A stretch of 25,231 nt of DNA. Source: a virus. Its lineage: Duplodnaviria; Caudoviricetes. Of this stretch, positions 17,494-25,231 are shown piece after piece. Each line of letters opens with the position of its first letter. Positions within the stretch are counted from its first letter, which is position 1. The notes under the pieces are model-generated. The model saw nothing but the letters and a program-made list of their open reading frames with translations, did not search any database and was not told where the DNA came from. The stretch spans positions 1-25,231 of the IMG/VR virus record IMGVR_UViG_3300045979_000074; one strand, 5' to 3'. Position numbers and translations under genes: made by a program.

Positions 17494-17522
17494 ATTATAC
17501 GTTACTTGAAGTATAAAGTCAG
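17494..17522 (-). promoter_or_regulatory. Sigma-A-type promoter for the zeta-like cassette
   Basis: Minus strand CTGACT-17 bp-TATAAT. Confidence 0.65.
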
Positions 17523-17535
17523 TATTGAAGATCAC

Positions 17536-18876
17536 TCAATCATTCATCTTTTCTAATTTACTAATTGAATCTAAGAAATCATACCCTTTTGGTACAAGTG
17601 GCGTATAAAACTCACTAATCACACTGCCACCTGTATCCACATAACCTCGACCTTTGATGTGCTTCATAAAGAAGTTTTTTTCGACCTCCCCAAACATCAT
17701 GGAATATCCGAGTTCACTCATACGACCCAAAGCCACGCGAAAGTTGAATTGATCGCGGATTCCGTCTCCTAAATATTTCGCATCCGGCCTTTGGCAAGCC
17801 AAAATCAGAAAGAAACCAGATTGACGACCCAACATCACGATTTGTTTGAGCTTATTCAAAATCACCGCACTTTCTTTCGTCGTTAACATCTCCATATAAG
17901 CCACGTATTCATCAAAGATTAAAAAGTTGGGTGGAAGTCCAAGATAGGCATAATTCTCTCCTGTTTTGTAGTTAGACATTTCTTTCATTGCCTTGCTACG
18001 AGCCATCATACGTTCATAGAAATCTTCCACACAAGCAGAAATTTCTTCCTTTTGTGAATAAACATGAGGCATCACCGTACCTAAATCGGCTAGGTCGGCA
18101 TTTTTGGGATCGAGGATAAACAATTCTGCATCTGACTTCAATAGTGCTTCGATAATGGTGAGGAGGAAATAGGTCTTCCCTCCACCTGTGCCACCAGCGA
18201 TTAACATATGGGGTAAAGAATCATAAGCCCATACTTGATTTTTCATCAATCGCAGAGTCCCATTTTCTGCCACTACTTCGTCTATCCCAATTCGATTGGC
18301 GATCATATCATACAGTAAAGTATACTCCACATAGGAGTCTTTGAGTTCCTTTTCTACTAACTCACAATACAGTCCGCTTTCTAACTTCTTTTCCAATTTT
18401 AAAAGCTGATCTTGGTATTTCCCAAGTGAAATTTGAACGCGAATAGACAGTAATCCATCTTTCATTCGATAATAGATTTTGGGGAAGTAACTGATAGTCT
18501 CTCTGGTTCGGCTACTATTCAAATCTTTGAAAAAGCCTTCACTTTGAGTTTGTTTCACTTCATACCAATGGTTCTCTAGAATCATCCGAGCTAGCTTTTG
18601 TCGATGCCACAAGCTTCGCCAATGATCAGGAAAAAAGTGAATATAAAGCAATATCATAGCTCCTGAAAAAGCGAGACTTCCAAGCAGACATACTAAATCT
18701 TTTATAGACCAAACGATTTCAATAGTAGAAAGTGATAGCTTAGAAATATCAAATTGTCTAAACTCTTGAAAATAAAAGACGCTCATCCAACCGATGAACA
18801 GAGCGAGTAGCCAGCCAAGAACAAAGTGATAAACCAAGTGTTGATCTCCTGCGCGTATGCGATGTCCTTTGTACAT
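17536..18876 (-). CDS. FtsK/SpoIIIE-family coupling protein, Tn916 Orf21 / TcpA / ConQ
   Basis: Two N-terminal TM helices, PHMLIAGGTGGGKT, LDPKNADL, LIFDEY, LGRQSG, QRPDA; start uncertain (18876-18897). Confidence 0.93.
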   Translation of the reverse strand: MYKGHRIRAGDQHLVYHFVLGWLLALFIGWMSVFYFQEFRQFDISKLSLSTIEIVWSIKDLVCLLGSLAFSGAMILLYIHFFPDHWRSLWHRQKLARMILENHWYEVKQTQSEGFFKDLNSSRTRETISYFPKIYYRMKDGLLSIRVQISLGKYQDQLLKLEKKLESGLYCELVEKELKDSYVEYTLLYDMIANRIGIDEVVAENGTLRLMKNQVWAYDSLPHMLIAGGTGGGKTYFLLTIIEALLKSDAELFILDPKNADLADLGTVMPHVYSQKEEISACVEDFYERMMARSKAMKEMSNYKTGENYAYLGLPPNFLIFDEYVAYMEMLTTKESAVILNKLKQIVMLGRQSGFFLILACQRPDAKYLGDGIRDQFNFRVALGRMSELGYSMMFGEVEKNFFMKHIKGRGYVDTGGSVISEFYTPLVPKGYDFLDSISKLEKMND

Positions 18877-18900
18877 TTTGATGGTTTCCACCTCCAATCG

Positions 18901-18927
18901 AAAAAGCCCAATAGGATTTCATTAGGC
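18901..18927 (-). terminator. Terminator-like hairpin directly upstream of the coupling-protein RBS
   Basis: Minus strand GCCTAAT-N8-ATTGGGC then TTTTT. Confidence 0.55.
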
Positions 18928-18958
18928 AATTTCAAAAAGTTATGCTAGTCATTTACTG

Positions 18959-19303
18959 CTACGAGGAGGGGAGTTGTTTCGTTTCAACCAATTGATTTAA
19001 AAAGCCTTCAATGGCATCCGGCATCTCCACACCAATTTCTTCCAAAATGGATTCTGCCTGCCGACATAAGTTTTCATTTACTTCGACAACTATAAAGAAA
19101 GACTCTTCTTCTCCTAACCAGTCTAGTACATCAGAGTCTTCTTCACTGTCGCTATTTTCTCCAAGTAAACCTTGATGTATAATCAGAAACATTTTTTCAT
19201 CAGAGGTTAATGCTTTAACGAGTTGTTCCTCAGTCAGCTCGCCTTTTCCATATTGATCGAGACAATCTAAAATATGTTCAACATTAATTTCCATAATCTT
19301 CAC
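18959..19303 (-). CDS. Acidic hypothetical protein with a C-terminal RelB/DinJ-like ribbon-helix-helix segment
   Basis: Abuts the orf22 stop; IVVEVNENLCRQAESILEEIGVEMPDAIEGFLNQLVETKQLP follows the RelB/DinJ pattern. Confidence 0.65.
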   Translation of the reverse strand: MKIMEINVEHILDCLDQYGKGELTEEQLVKALTSDEKMFLIIHQGLLGENSDSEEDSDVLDWLGEEESFFIVVEVNENLCRQAESILEEIGVEMPDAIEGFLNQLVETKQLPSS

Positions 19304-19678
19304 CTATTTCTTTCTTTCATTTTGGTTCGTAGGATTTCCTTGATTCGGCTGCCGCTTCAAGACTAAATCATCCGCCTTAATGAACCAATTAACGGTAGTT
19401 CCTTCTCGAAAAACATAATTGGCAACGGTATCCACGATTGGATTGACCAACTCTACCTCTGCATCATAAGCAAACTCGCGTAAGGGTACATTAGCCGGGA
19501 TACTAACTTGAATCATTCGCCCTTGTGCAGAGGATTTTAAATTATAGGTTCGTTCTTTTACCTCATTACCAATTGTTCCATCCTCATTTTGCTTCCGTAC
19601 TTCTCGGCGTAATGCGGAAAAACGCAACTTCCCAAATGTTAAACCTGAATCTACGACAATACCTTCTGTTAATCTCAT
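19304..19678 (-). CDS. Tn916 Orf22 / YdcP (DUF961) OB-fold protein
   Basis: TFGKLRFSALRREV, RTYNLKS, QGRMIQVSIPA, VELVNP, WFIKADDLVL. Confidence 0.9.
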   Translation of the reverse strand: MRLTEGIVVDSGLTFGKLRFSALRREVRKQNEDGTIGNEVKERTYNLKSSAQGRMIQVSIPANVPLREFAYDAEVELVNPIVDTVANYVFREGTTVNWFIKADDLVLKRQPNQGNPTNQNERKK

Positions 19679-19690
19679 CTTCTTTTCCTC

Positions 19691-20005
19691 CTATGCTTTC
19701 ACTAAATCATCAACATACAACACGTAATCAGTAAACCCACGATTCTCAATCTCATAGCCTTTGGCAACCAAATGGGGATTCACGGCTTTTAGCGGTTGGT
19801 CTTGATCAAAATCCTTTTCACCGGCTTCCGCAGCTACTACCACCTCAATATCATCGGCCCGTTGCTTACTGGAATACAAATGATAACTGCGACCAATCAC
19901 CGTAGTATTCCGTCCATATCCTTCTGTTATAATTTCTCCTTCACCGGCATAACTTAACTTTCCAAAGGTTTCAGCCATATCTGGCACGACAAATTTCAAT
20001 TCCAT
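19691..20005 (-). CDS. Tn916 Orf23 / YdcP (DUF961) OB-fold protein
   Basis: MELKFVVPDMAETFGKL, RSYHLYS, QRADDIEV, FTDYVLYVDDL. Confidence 0.9.
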   Translation of the reverse strand: MELKFVVPDMAETFGKLSYAGEGEIITEGYGRNTTVIGRSYHLYSSKQRADDIEVVVAAEAGEKDFDQDQPLKAVNPHLVAKGYEIENRGFTDYVLYVDDLVKA

Positions 20006-20039
20006 CTTCTTTTCCTCTTTTCATTGTTAGTTTTGGATA

Positions 20040-20078
20040 CAAAAATAGCGCGACTACTTTTTTAGGAGGCGGTCGCGC
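20040..20078 (-). terminator. Intrinsic terminator between the adhesin and orf23
   Basis: Minus strand GCGCGACCGC...GTAGTCGCGC then TATTTTTG. Confidence 0.72.
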
Positions 20079-20117
20079 ACGTTGGTTCTTAGGATTTACT
20101 TGTATCATCTCATCACC

Positions 20118-23100
20118 TTAGTTCCGGCGATTCCAGAAATAATAGCCCGCCGTCGCAAAAATCAAAGTAAAACCAATGAACAGTAAAACATTGGAATTTT
20201 TCTCCCCGGTTTGAGGGAAGGTCTTCACTGTGGGACTAGATTCTTGAGAGCCACTTGGAACAGTTGGTGTTTCCGGTTGTTTCGGCGTACTTAGTATGGT
20301 TGGAACTTCTTTTGGTGTTAAGGTTTGAGATTTTTCTTTCAAATCTTCATTGTGTTTTCCATTGATATTCCCATCTTTATCGTAATTGATTTCCGCAAAA
20401 GTAAACTTGGTTCCTTCTGGATATTTTCCGGTATCTACTTTTTTCGCAAGCACAGTTTTGGTGAATTCTTTATCATTTACTTCATAATCAATCTTGCCAG
20501 ATTTCCAAATTTCTTTGTTTGTACCATCCGGTAATAAAGCATACAGAATTGTTTCGAAAGCTTCTTTTGAGCCATCCAGTACATCATGAGTAATCGACAC
20601 ATCATCAAACATATCCACCACATCACCATGAGTAAAGGTCTGAGAACCGTTTTCTAGGTGGGCCTTTGTTTGGATAGAAACATGACGTTCCACCGTACAA
20701 TTAACAGTTTGGGCTTGATTATTCAAGCTAACATCCTTCGCTACTGGCTTATCGCCTGCTTCAAAAGCTTCCTTATTTTCATACACATAGTTGAATAAGA
20801 CAATAGTTTTATTTAAAACTTGTTCGGCGGTTAATTTATGCTGAATTTTCCAAGTTCCTGTTTTCTCTTTGTTCGCCAACGTTGCGCTTGTTTCTGCAAT
20901 CACCACTGGTTTGGCTTTTTCATCTTTTTCTTGGGCAGCTTTTGTCGCATCCACATCAATGGCTTGCGCTACCACATACCAGTCTTCTTTGATTTCATGT
21001 AGATTGTAACTCAATTTATCAACTAGCTCGGTAGAATCCAGAGAAGTTAATTCTTTGTTTCCGTCTTTCCAAGTCGCAAGAGAAGTTAAACTATCTTCTT
21101 CCTCAGGCAAATCATAGAGCATTAAACGGTTCAAACTAACAGAAAATGCTTTGTTCGTCAGCTTCTCGTAAGGAACGGTCACCGTTTTAATTGGTTGTTT
21201 TTGGTCTTGTTCGGTAATGGTAAAGACATACTCACTCTTCACAAAGTCTTCTTTGTTTTCCTTAAAAGTAGAACGGATTTCTAATGGCGTAATCTTTTGA
21301 AAACCTTCTGGGGCTTCTACTTCTTCAAGTAAATAATCCCCATAAGGAAGATTTTCAAACTTGCCATAACCATCAAACCCTAATTGCTCGTTATAAGCTG
21401 TGGTCGCTTCATCTTCGGCACCTGTGATTTCATTGGTCCCTTCCAATGGCGACACTTTAAAGGTCAGATCATTGAAGCCAGTTTCGGTAGTGCCCGCAGC
21501 TGATCCAGCAAATTTAAAGAAATCAAAGCCAAAGCGAATCACTTGTTCTTTTGCCGTAACATTTCGGGTAATCACGGCATTTTTTTCGCTATCATCCACC
21601 TTTTTGATGGATACAGGATACTTTGTTTCATCAAGGCTATATCCTTCGGGCGCTTTTGTTTCTTGCCAATAATACTCGTTGATAGCTAAATGTTTAACGG
21701 CAACTTGGTTCTTTTCGTCTAAAGTCAAAGTGACCGTTTCATCAGAACCTTTCGTTCCCTTCGCTAACTCTGGTTTAAAAGCCTCACTCCATTTAACAGC
21801 TTTTCCATCCTTAGCAGTAAACAAGGTGTATTCAGCACCCTCAAAGACTGCCTTACCTTGTGCTTTATCCCCAGTATCTTTGTCTTCTTTCGTCAAAGTG
21901 GTTTCGCCAGTGACTTCTTGATTTTGCCCTTTTACGTTACTGGCAACAAGGGCTACGGTTTGATTGGCATACTTCAATTCGACTTTTACAGGTTTGAACG
22001 TATTCACGAACCCATTACTAGCTTTAGTTTCGGTCACATAATAGGTTCCCAATTCCAACGCATTAGCAATCTCTTTTGGTGTTTCCGCATGACCGTTTTC
22101 ATCCGTGGTCATTTCTTGAACGATTTCACCGGTTGGACTGTCTTTGCGAATGGCAAACGTATTACCAGCTAAGGAATAATTGTCATTCCAAAGATCACTC
22201 CCTGTTTCAACTCCGCTTTTATCCAGAATGATTTGCCCTTTTTCCCGTGCGTTTTTTGAAGTCACGTAAATGGTTTCGCCTGCTTTAATGGTGGTAGTCA
22301 TGGGGGTGGTATCAATCGTATAAGGCGCCGGTACTGATTTTTCGGTAATGGTTACTTTTGTACCATGAGGAATCTCATCCAATGTAGCAATGCCTTCTTT
22401 GTCAGTAGTCACGTCTTTTGCAGGTAAAGTTTTTCCAAAGTCTAAATGGAAAACCGTTCCTGGTACAACATCACCCGATTCTTTATCGACTTTTTTGATC
22501 TTTAAAGAACCCTCCGTTTCCACATCAATTTTGATTGTGTAGGTATTAGGTTTATCAATCGCCCCGGCCATTAAAGTCTGTTGGCCAGCCTTTTTATAGG
22601 CGACAGGTGTTCCGGTACCAGCAGATTTCTTAAGCGTCAGCACACCACTTTCTTTTGAATTGGCATTTGGGGTGATTATCAACTGATTACCATTCACACG
22701 ATAATCAATGTTTGCGGTATTTTCCACAACCTCATCGAACTCTGACAAATTCAGATTATTCGTATCCGTCACAGTAGTCGATTGCCCTAATACTGTTTTA
22801 GCCGTACTATTATGGAAGGTTGGTTTCTTCTGATAATCGTCAATGGCTTGATTTATTTTTGCCTCAATGGCTGCGATATTTACGGCACTACCATCTGATC
22901 GTTTTATTGAGTGAAGGGTATACCCATTAACTTCTTGCCAGATCATCTTCTGTGCCACAATATGAGTATCTGCATCTGTACCTACTTTTTTCCATAAAAC
23001 GGAAACTAATTTGGCTTTATCGGACATATCTGGTAACGGGTTTTTCTCATAGCCAGGAGTGAACTCATTGTAAATCGGGACTCCTGGTTCAATACAGAAA

Positions 23101-23345
23101 ATATCTTGTTTAAAGCCGTTGTACACTGCATAATGCGGAACAGTGACTTCTGACATTGGACGACCATCACTAAAAGTTCCTTCAACAGCATATTGATGTG
23201 CTAAATCTAGTTCTACGGTTACCGTTTGTGGATGGGTAATTTCATCAGCAAAAGCAATCGTAGGAGCAATTGCTCCAACAATTGCTTGAACAGCCAAACT
23301 CAAAATAGTTAATACACATAATTTCTTTTTTTGTTTTTTATACAT
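20118..23345 (-). CDS. Sortase-anchored surface adhesin with a putative thioester domain and SpaA/Cna-B pilin-like domains
   Basis: AAAGGAG RBS and ATG at 23345, signal peptide, FCIEPG and AQKMIW motifs, repeated K.D...G and E.KAP.GY motifs, FPQTG anchor with TM helix and basic tail. Confidence 0.9.
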   Translation of the reverse strand: MYKKQKKKLCVLTILSLAVQAIVGAIAPTIAFADEITHPQTVTVELDLAHQYAVEGTFSDGRPMSEVTVPHYAVYNGFKQDIFCIEPGVPIYNEFTPGYEKNPLPDMSDKAKLVSVLWKKVGTDADTHIVAQKMIWQEVNGYTLHSIKRSDGSAVNIAAIEAKINQAIDDYQKKPTFHNSTAKTVLGQSTTVTDTNNLNLSEFDEVVENTANIDYRVNGNQLIITPNANSKESGVLTLKKSAGTGTPVAYKKAGQQTLMAGAIDKPNTYTIKIDVETEGSLKIKKVDKESGDVVPGTVFHLDFGKTLPAKDVTTDKEGIATLDEIPHGTKVTITEKSVPAPYTIDTTPMTTTIKAGETIYVTSKNAREKGQIILDKSGVETGSDLWNDNYSLAGNTFAIRKDSPTGEIVQEMTTDENGHAETPKEIANALELGTYYVTETKASNGFVNTFKPVKVELKYANQTVALVASNVKGQNQEVTGETTLTKEDKDTGDKAQGKAVFEGAEYTLFTAKDGKAVKWSEAFKPELAKGTKGSDETVTLTLDEKNQVAVKHLAINEYYWQETKAPEGYSLDETKYPVSIKKVDDSEKNAVITRNVTAKEQVIRFGFDFFKFAGSAAGTTETGFNDLTFKVSPLEGTNEITGAEDEATTAYNEQLGFDGYGKFENLPYGDYLLEEVEAPEGFQKITPLEIRSTFKENKEDFVKSEYVFTITEQDQKQPIKTVTVPYEKLTNKAFSVSLNRLMLYDLPEEEDSLTSLATWKDGNKELTSLDSTELVDKLSYNLHEIKEDWYVVAQAIDVDATKAAQEKDEKAKPVVIAETSATLANKEKTGTWKIQHKLTAEQVLNKTIVLFNYVYENKEAFEAGDKPVAKDVSLNNQAQTVNCTVERHVSIQTKAHLENGSQTFTHGDVVDMFDDVSITHDVLDGSKEAFETILYALLPDGTNKEIWKSGKIDYEVNDKEFTKTVLAKKVDTGKYPEGTKFTFAEINYDKDGNINGKHNEDLKEKSQTLTPKEVPTILSTPKQPETPTVPSGSQESSPTVKTFPQTGEKNSNVLLFIGFTLIFATAGYYFWNRRN

Positions 23346-23371
23346 GAAATGTTCTCCTTTCAAATTAAGCA

Positions 23372-23402
23372 CAAAAAAATAAGATGCTCGCTTGAACATC
23401 TT
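23372..23402 (-). terminator. Terminator in the leader of the first conjugation-operon gene
   Basis: Minus strand AAGATGTTC-AAGC-GAGCATCTT then ATTTTTTTG, just upstream of the adhesin RBS. Confidence 0.7.
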
Positions 23403-23506
23403 TGTTTATAAAGTCTTTTTAAAATTTTTATTGACTGAATAGAATGGATTTGAGAATGAATGAGCCTAAAAATTTAATCTAAAATACGAAATATACTGCC
23501 TTTAAA

Positions 23507-23528
23507 TTAGAACACATTTTAGAACACA
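23507..23528. repeat. Direct repeat TTAGAACACA x2, putative integrase arm-type binding sites
   Basis: Copies at 23507-23516 and 23519-23528, about 90 bp inside the att core. Confidence 0.6.
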
Positions 23529-23619
23529 AACATTTCAAATTTAATCAAATATAATAAAATATATTTACGGGAAAACCTTTATAAATCAAGGTTTTTCAAA
23601 CTTATTCAATGATACGAAG

Positions 23620-23673
23620 AAAAAACCAGGTCTTAAGAAAGCTCGTAAAGCTTCACAATTCTCAAAACGTTAA
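23620..23673 (+). repeat. rpsI: att core: 54-bp duplicate of the rpsI 3' end (ribosomal protein S9), right boundary of the ICE
   Basis: Translates to KKPGLKKARKASQFSKR*, the S9 C-terminus, with no rpsI sequence upstream. Confidence 0.92.
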
Positions 23674-23692
23674 TTCGTTTATACAGAAATTC

Positions 23693-23725
23693 AAAGACAC
23701 TTTCCAATTGGGAAGTGTCTTTTTT
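23693..23725 (+). terminator. Strong terminator, probably the native rpsI terminator; may also serve the convergent gene
   Basis: AAAGACACTTTCC-AATT-GGGAAGTGTCTTT then TTT. Confidence 0.85.
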
Positions 23726-23790
23726 CTATTTAAAGGTCCATTTTTTTTCTAAAAGTATTTTCGTTTCAGATGGAGTAGTGTTGCGTATAA

Positions 23791-25224
23791 TTATTTTGTC
23801 AAAACGCATGTGAAGATGTAATTTGAGATATCTTTTAAATCGTTGGTCAAGTTATTGATGGAGATTGGAAGAATAAATTTTCGCTCTTGATTTAGTAAGC
23901 AACGTTCGCAAACGATAAAACAATGAATGTTAAAAAATAATTCAGGGATATCGTCGATGGAATAATAAATCTCATCATTGATAAAAAAATAGTTTTCTGA
24001 AATGATCTTGTTAATATTGTTCCTAAACAACATATGAGAGTATTCATCTTTAGCAACAATTATGATGGGAATCTTCTTTTTTTCACCTTTTTTTAAAAGC
24101 GGCATGACTTGTTGACAAAACTGCAAAATGATTGATTCAGACATGGTGATAGTATTTGAAAAGTATTCTTTTAACCAAGCACATATGATTTTACTTACTT
24201 TTTCTTTTATATGGAAATCATTGCTGTTTATAAAAAAGTATTGGTTAAGTAAAAACTCATTAATTCCGAAAGAGGTGGTATAGACTAAATCCATCAAGGG
24301 TTTTTCAAATTCCATTTCCCCGAGTAGATTCATTTCGAATCCTGCCTCGAAATTTCTGATCAGCTGAACAACAGAAGGATGACTTTTGATTAAACGGGTA
24401 CGATAGTATTGATAGTCTACTTCAATTAATCGGTAGCTTTCTGGGTTGTAAGGCAAATTTTTATAAACAAAAGAAATGAATGCTAAATTTTGATCATCCA
24501 TCTCTACGTTTTGCTGTAAAAAGCAAGTGTTGATGCTATTAAAAATAATTCCTGTCTTCAAAAACGCGATCGTTTCGGCTTCTATCATTAGAGTATCTCT
24601 TCTTGTAAGACTTAAAAAAATTGAGTATTGCAGATAAAGCAGACTTTTTTTACTGAGTCTGTTTTTTAAAAGCTCACTTATAGCAAGCGCAATTTTTTCA
24701 GATTGGAAGAAGAGCGGATTTTTATTAAGCTCACTAATGCCAATTCCCCGCATCCAGATAGCTAAAAAAATATACCTTATTTTCAATTTATTATCGAAGT
24801 CAATTTCTCCTTCAGAATTGAGTCCTAAACTTTGCCGAAAATATCTCTCAGACTTCTTTTTTAAATTGAACACTTTGGTCACTGAAATAAATTCATCCTC
24901 AGAGATTGAAGTATAATTATTTTTTCCCAAAAGGTATCGGTAGCATACTCTCAGAAAAAGTGAATCTAAATATAATTTGCGAACCAACTCATAACAGCTA
25001 GTGTCCGGTTTAAATTGAAAGGATAATTCTGATCGGGATATTTTATAGGAAACTAAGTCGTTTTCTAATTTAGAGGCGATCGTATAACAATCCTTTTTGA
25101 TTGTGTTAAAGCTAGTATTTATATTCGTGGCCAGCTCGTTTATTTTTATTTGTCTACATTCATATAGTACATAAGTGATTTTAACTCTGCGCAGGATATC
25201 TTTTTCTATAAAATTGTCTATCAA
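23791..25224 (-). CDS. Mga-like helix-turn-helix transcriptional regulator, outside the ICE; start may lie beyond the window edge
   Basis: About 480 aa with two N-terminal HTH segments (INELATNINTSFNTIKKD; ISEDEFISVTKVFNLKK); the frame stays open to the window end. Confidence 0.75.
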   Translation of the reverse strand: MIDNFIEKDILRRVKITYVLYECRQIKINELATNINTSFNTIKKDCYTIASKLENDLVSYKISRSELSFQFKPDTSCYELVRKLYLDSLFLRVCYRYLLGKNNYTSISEDEFISVTKVFNLKKKSERYFRQSLGLNSEGEIDFDNKLKIRYIFLAIWMRGIGISELNKNPLFFQSEKIALAISELLKNRLSKKSLLYLQYSIFLSLTRRDTLMIEAETIAFLKTGIIFNSINTCFLQQNVEMDDQNLAFISFVYKNLPYNPESYRLIEVDYQYYRTRLIKSHPSVVQLIRNFEAGFEMNLLGEMEFEKPLMDLVYTTSFGINEFLLNQYFFINSNDFHIKEKVSKIICAWLKEYFSNTITMSESIILQFCQQVMPLLKKGEKKKIPIIIVAKDEYSHMLFRNNINKIISENYFFINDEIYYSIDDIPELFFNIHCFIVCERCLLNQERKFILPISINNLTNDLKDISNYIFTCVLTK

Positions 25225-25231
25225 TGAACTG

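Larger units (their letters stand above)
1..23673. mobile_element. ICEEfm1-like (esp pathogenicity island) integrative conjugative element, right portion; Tn916-family conjugation module; left end outside the window
   Basis: esp-nox-autolysin cargo, a full Tn916-like orf23..orf13 gene order with oriT, and a boundary at a 54-bp duplicate of the rpsI 3' end, the known ICEEfm1 target. Confidence 0.88.

Noticed and set aside
20325-23191. Short ORFs overlapping the adhesin, including same-strand 23006-23191
   Set aside because: Short, with no SD or motif support that I could see, unlike the nested MTase ORF
23620-23673. A functional rpsI gene
   Set aside because: Only the last 17 codons and the stop are present; the upstream sequence is unrelated
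23791-25224. Mga-like regulator as the activator of the conjugation operon
   Set aside because: It lies outside the att core, beyond the rpsI terminator, so it is probably chromosomal; nothing in the sequence links it to the ICE

Overview
Low-GC enterococcal DNA, most likely the right-hand part of an Enterococcus faecium ICEEfm1-like (esp pathogenicity island) integrative conjugative element. Cargo genes lie on the + strand: the 3' end of esp with its tandem repeats, an NADH oxidase, a GH73/M23 autolysin and a small HTH gene. A complete Tn916-family conjugation operon lies on the - strand: thioester/pilin-domain adhesin, orf23, orf22, coupling protein, oriT, MOBT relaxase, orf19, ardA, orf17, VirB4, orf15, orf14 and orf13. 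The element ends at a 54-bp copy of the rpsI 3' end (23620-23673, att site), followed by a terminator and a chromosomal Mga-like regulator. Several accessory genes interrupt the operon. The most unusual is an orphan C5 DNA methyltransferase locus: it carries a second ORF nested in another frame with its own strong Shine-Dalgarno sequence (resembling the M.EcoHK31I beta polypeptide), three tandem TRD-like modules, and a single in-frame TGA splitting the main frame. Also inserted are a self-contained zeta-toxin-like P-loop gene coupled to an unannotated 54-aa ORF, an orphan RelB/DinJ-like protein and an AT-rich membrane protein. Terminator-like hairpins sit directly in front of several conjugation genes, suggesting antitermination control. 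No integrase, tet(M) or CRISPR array is visible in the window.
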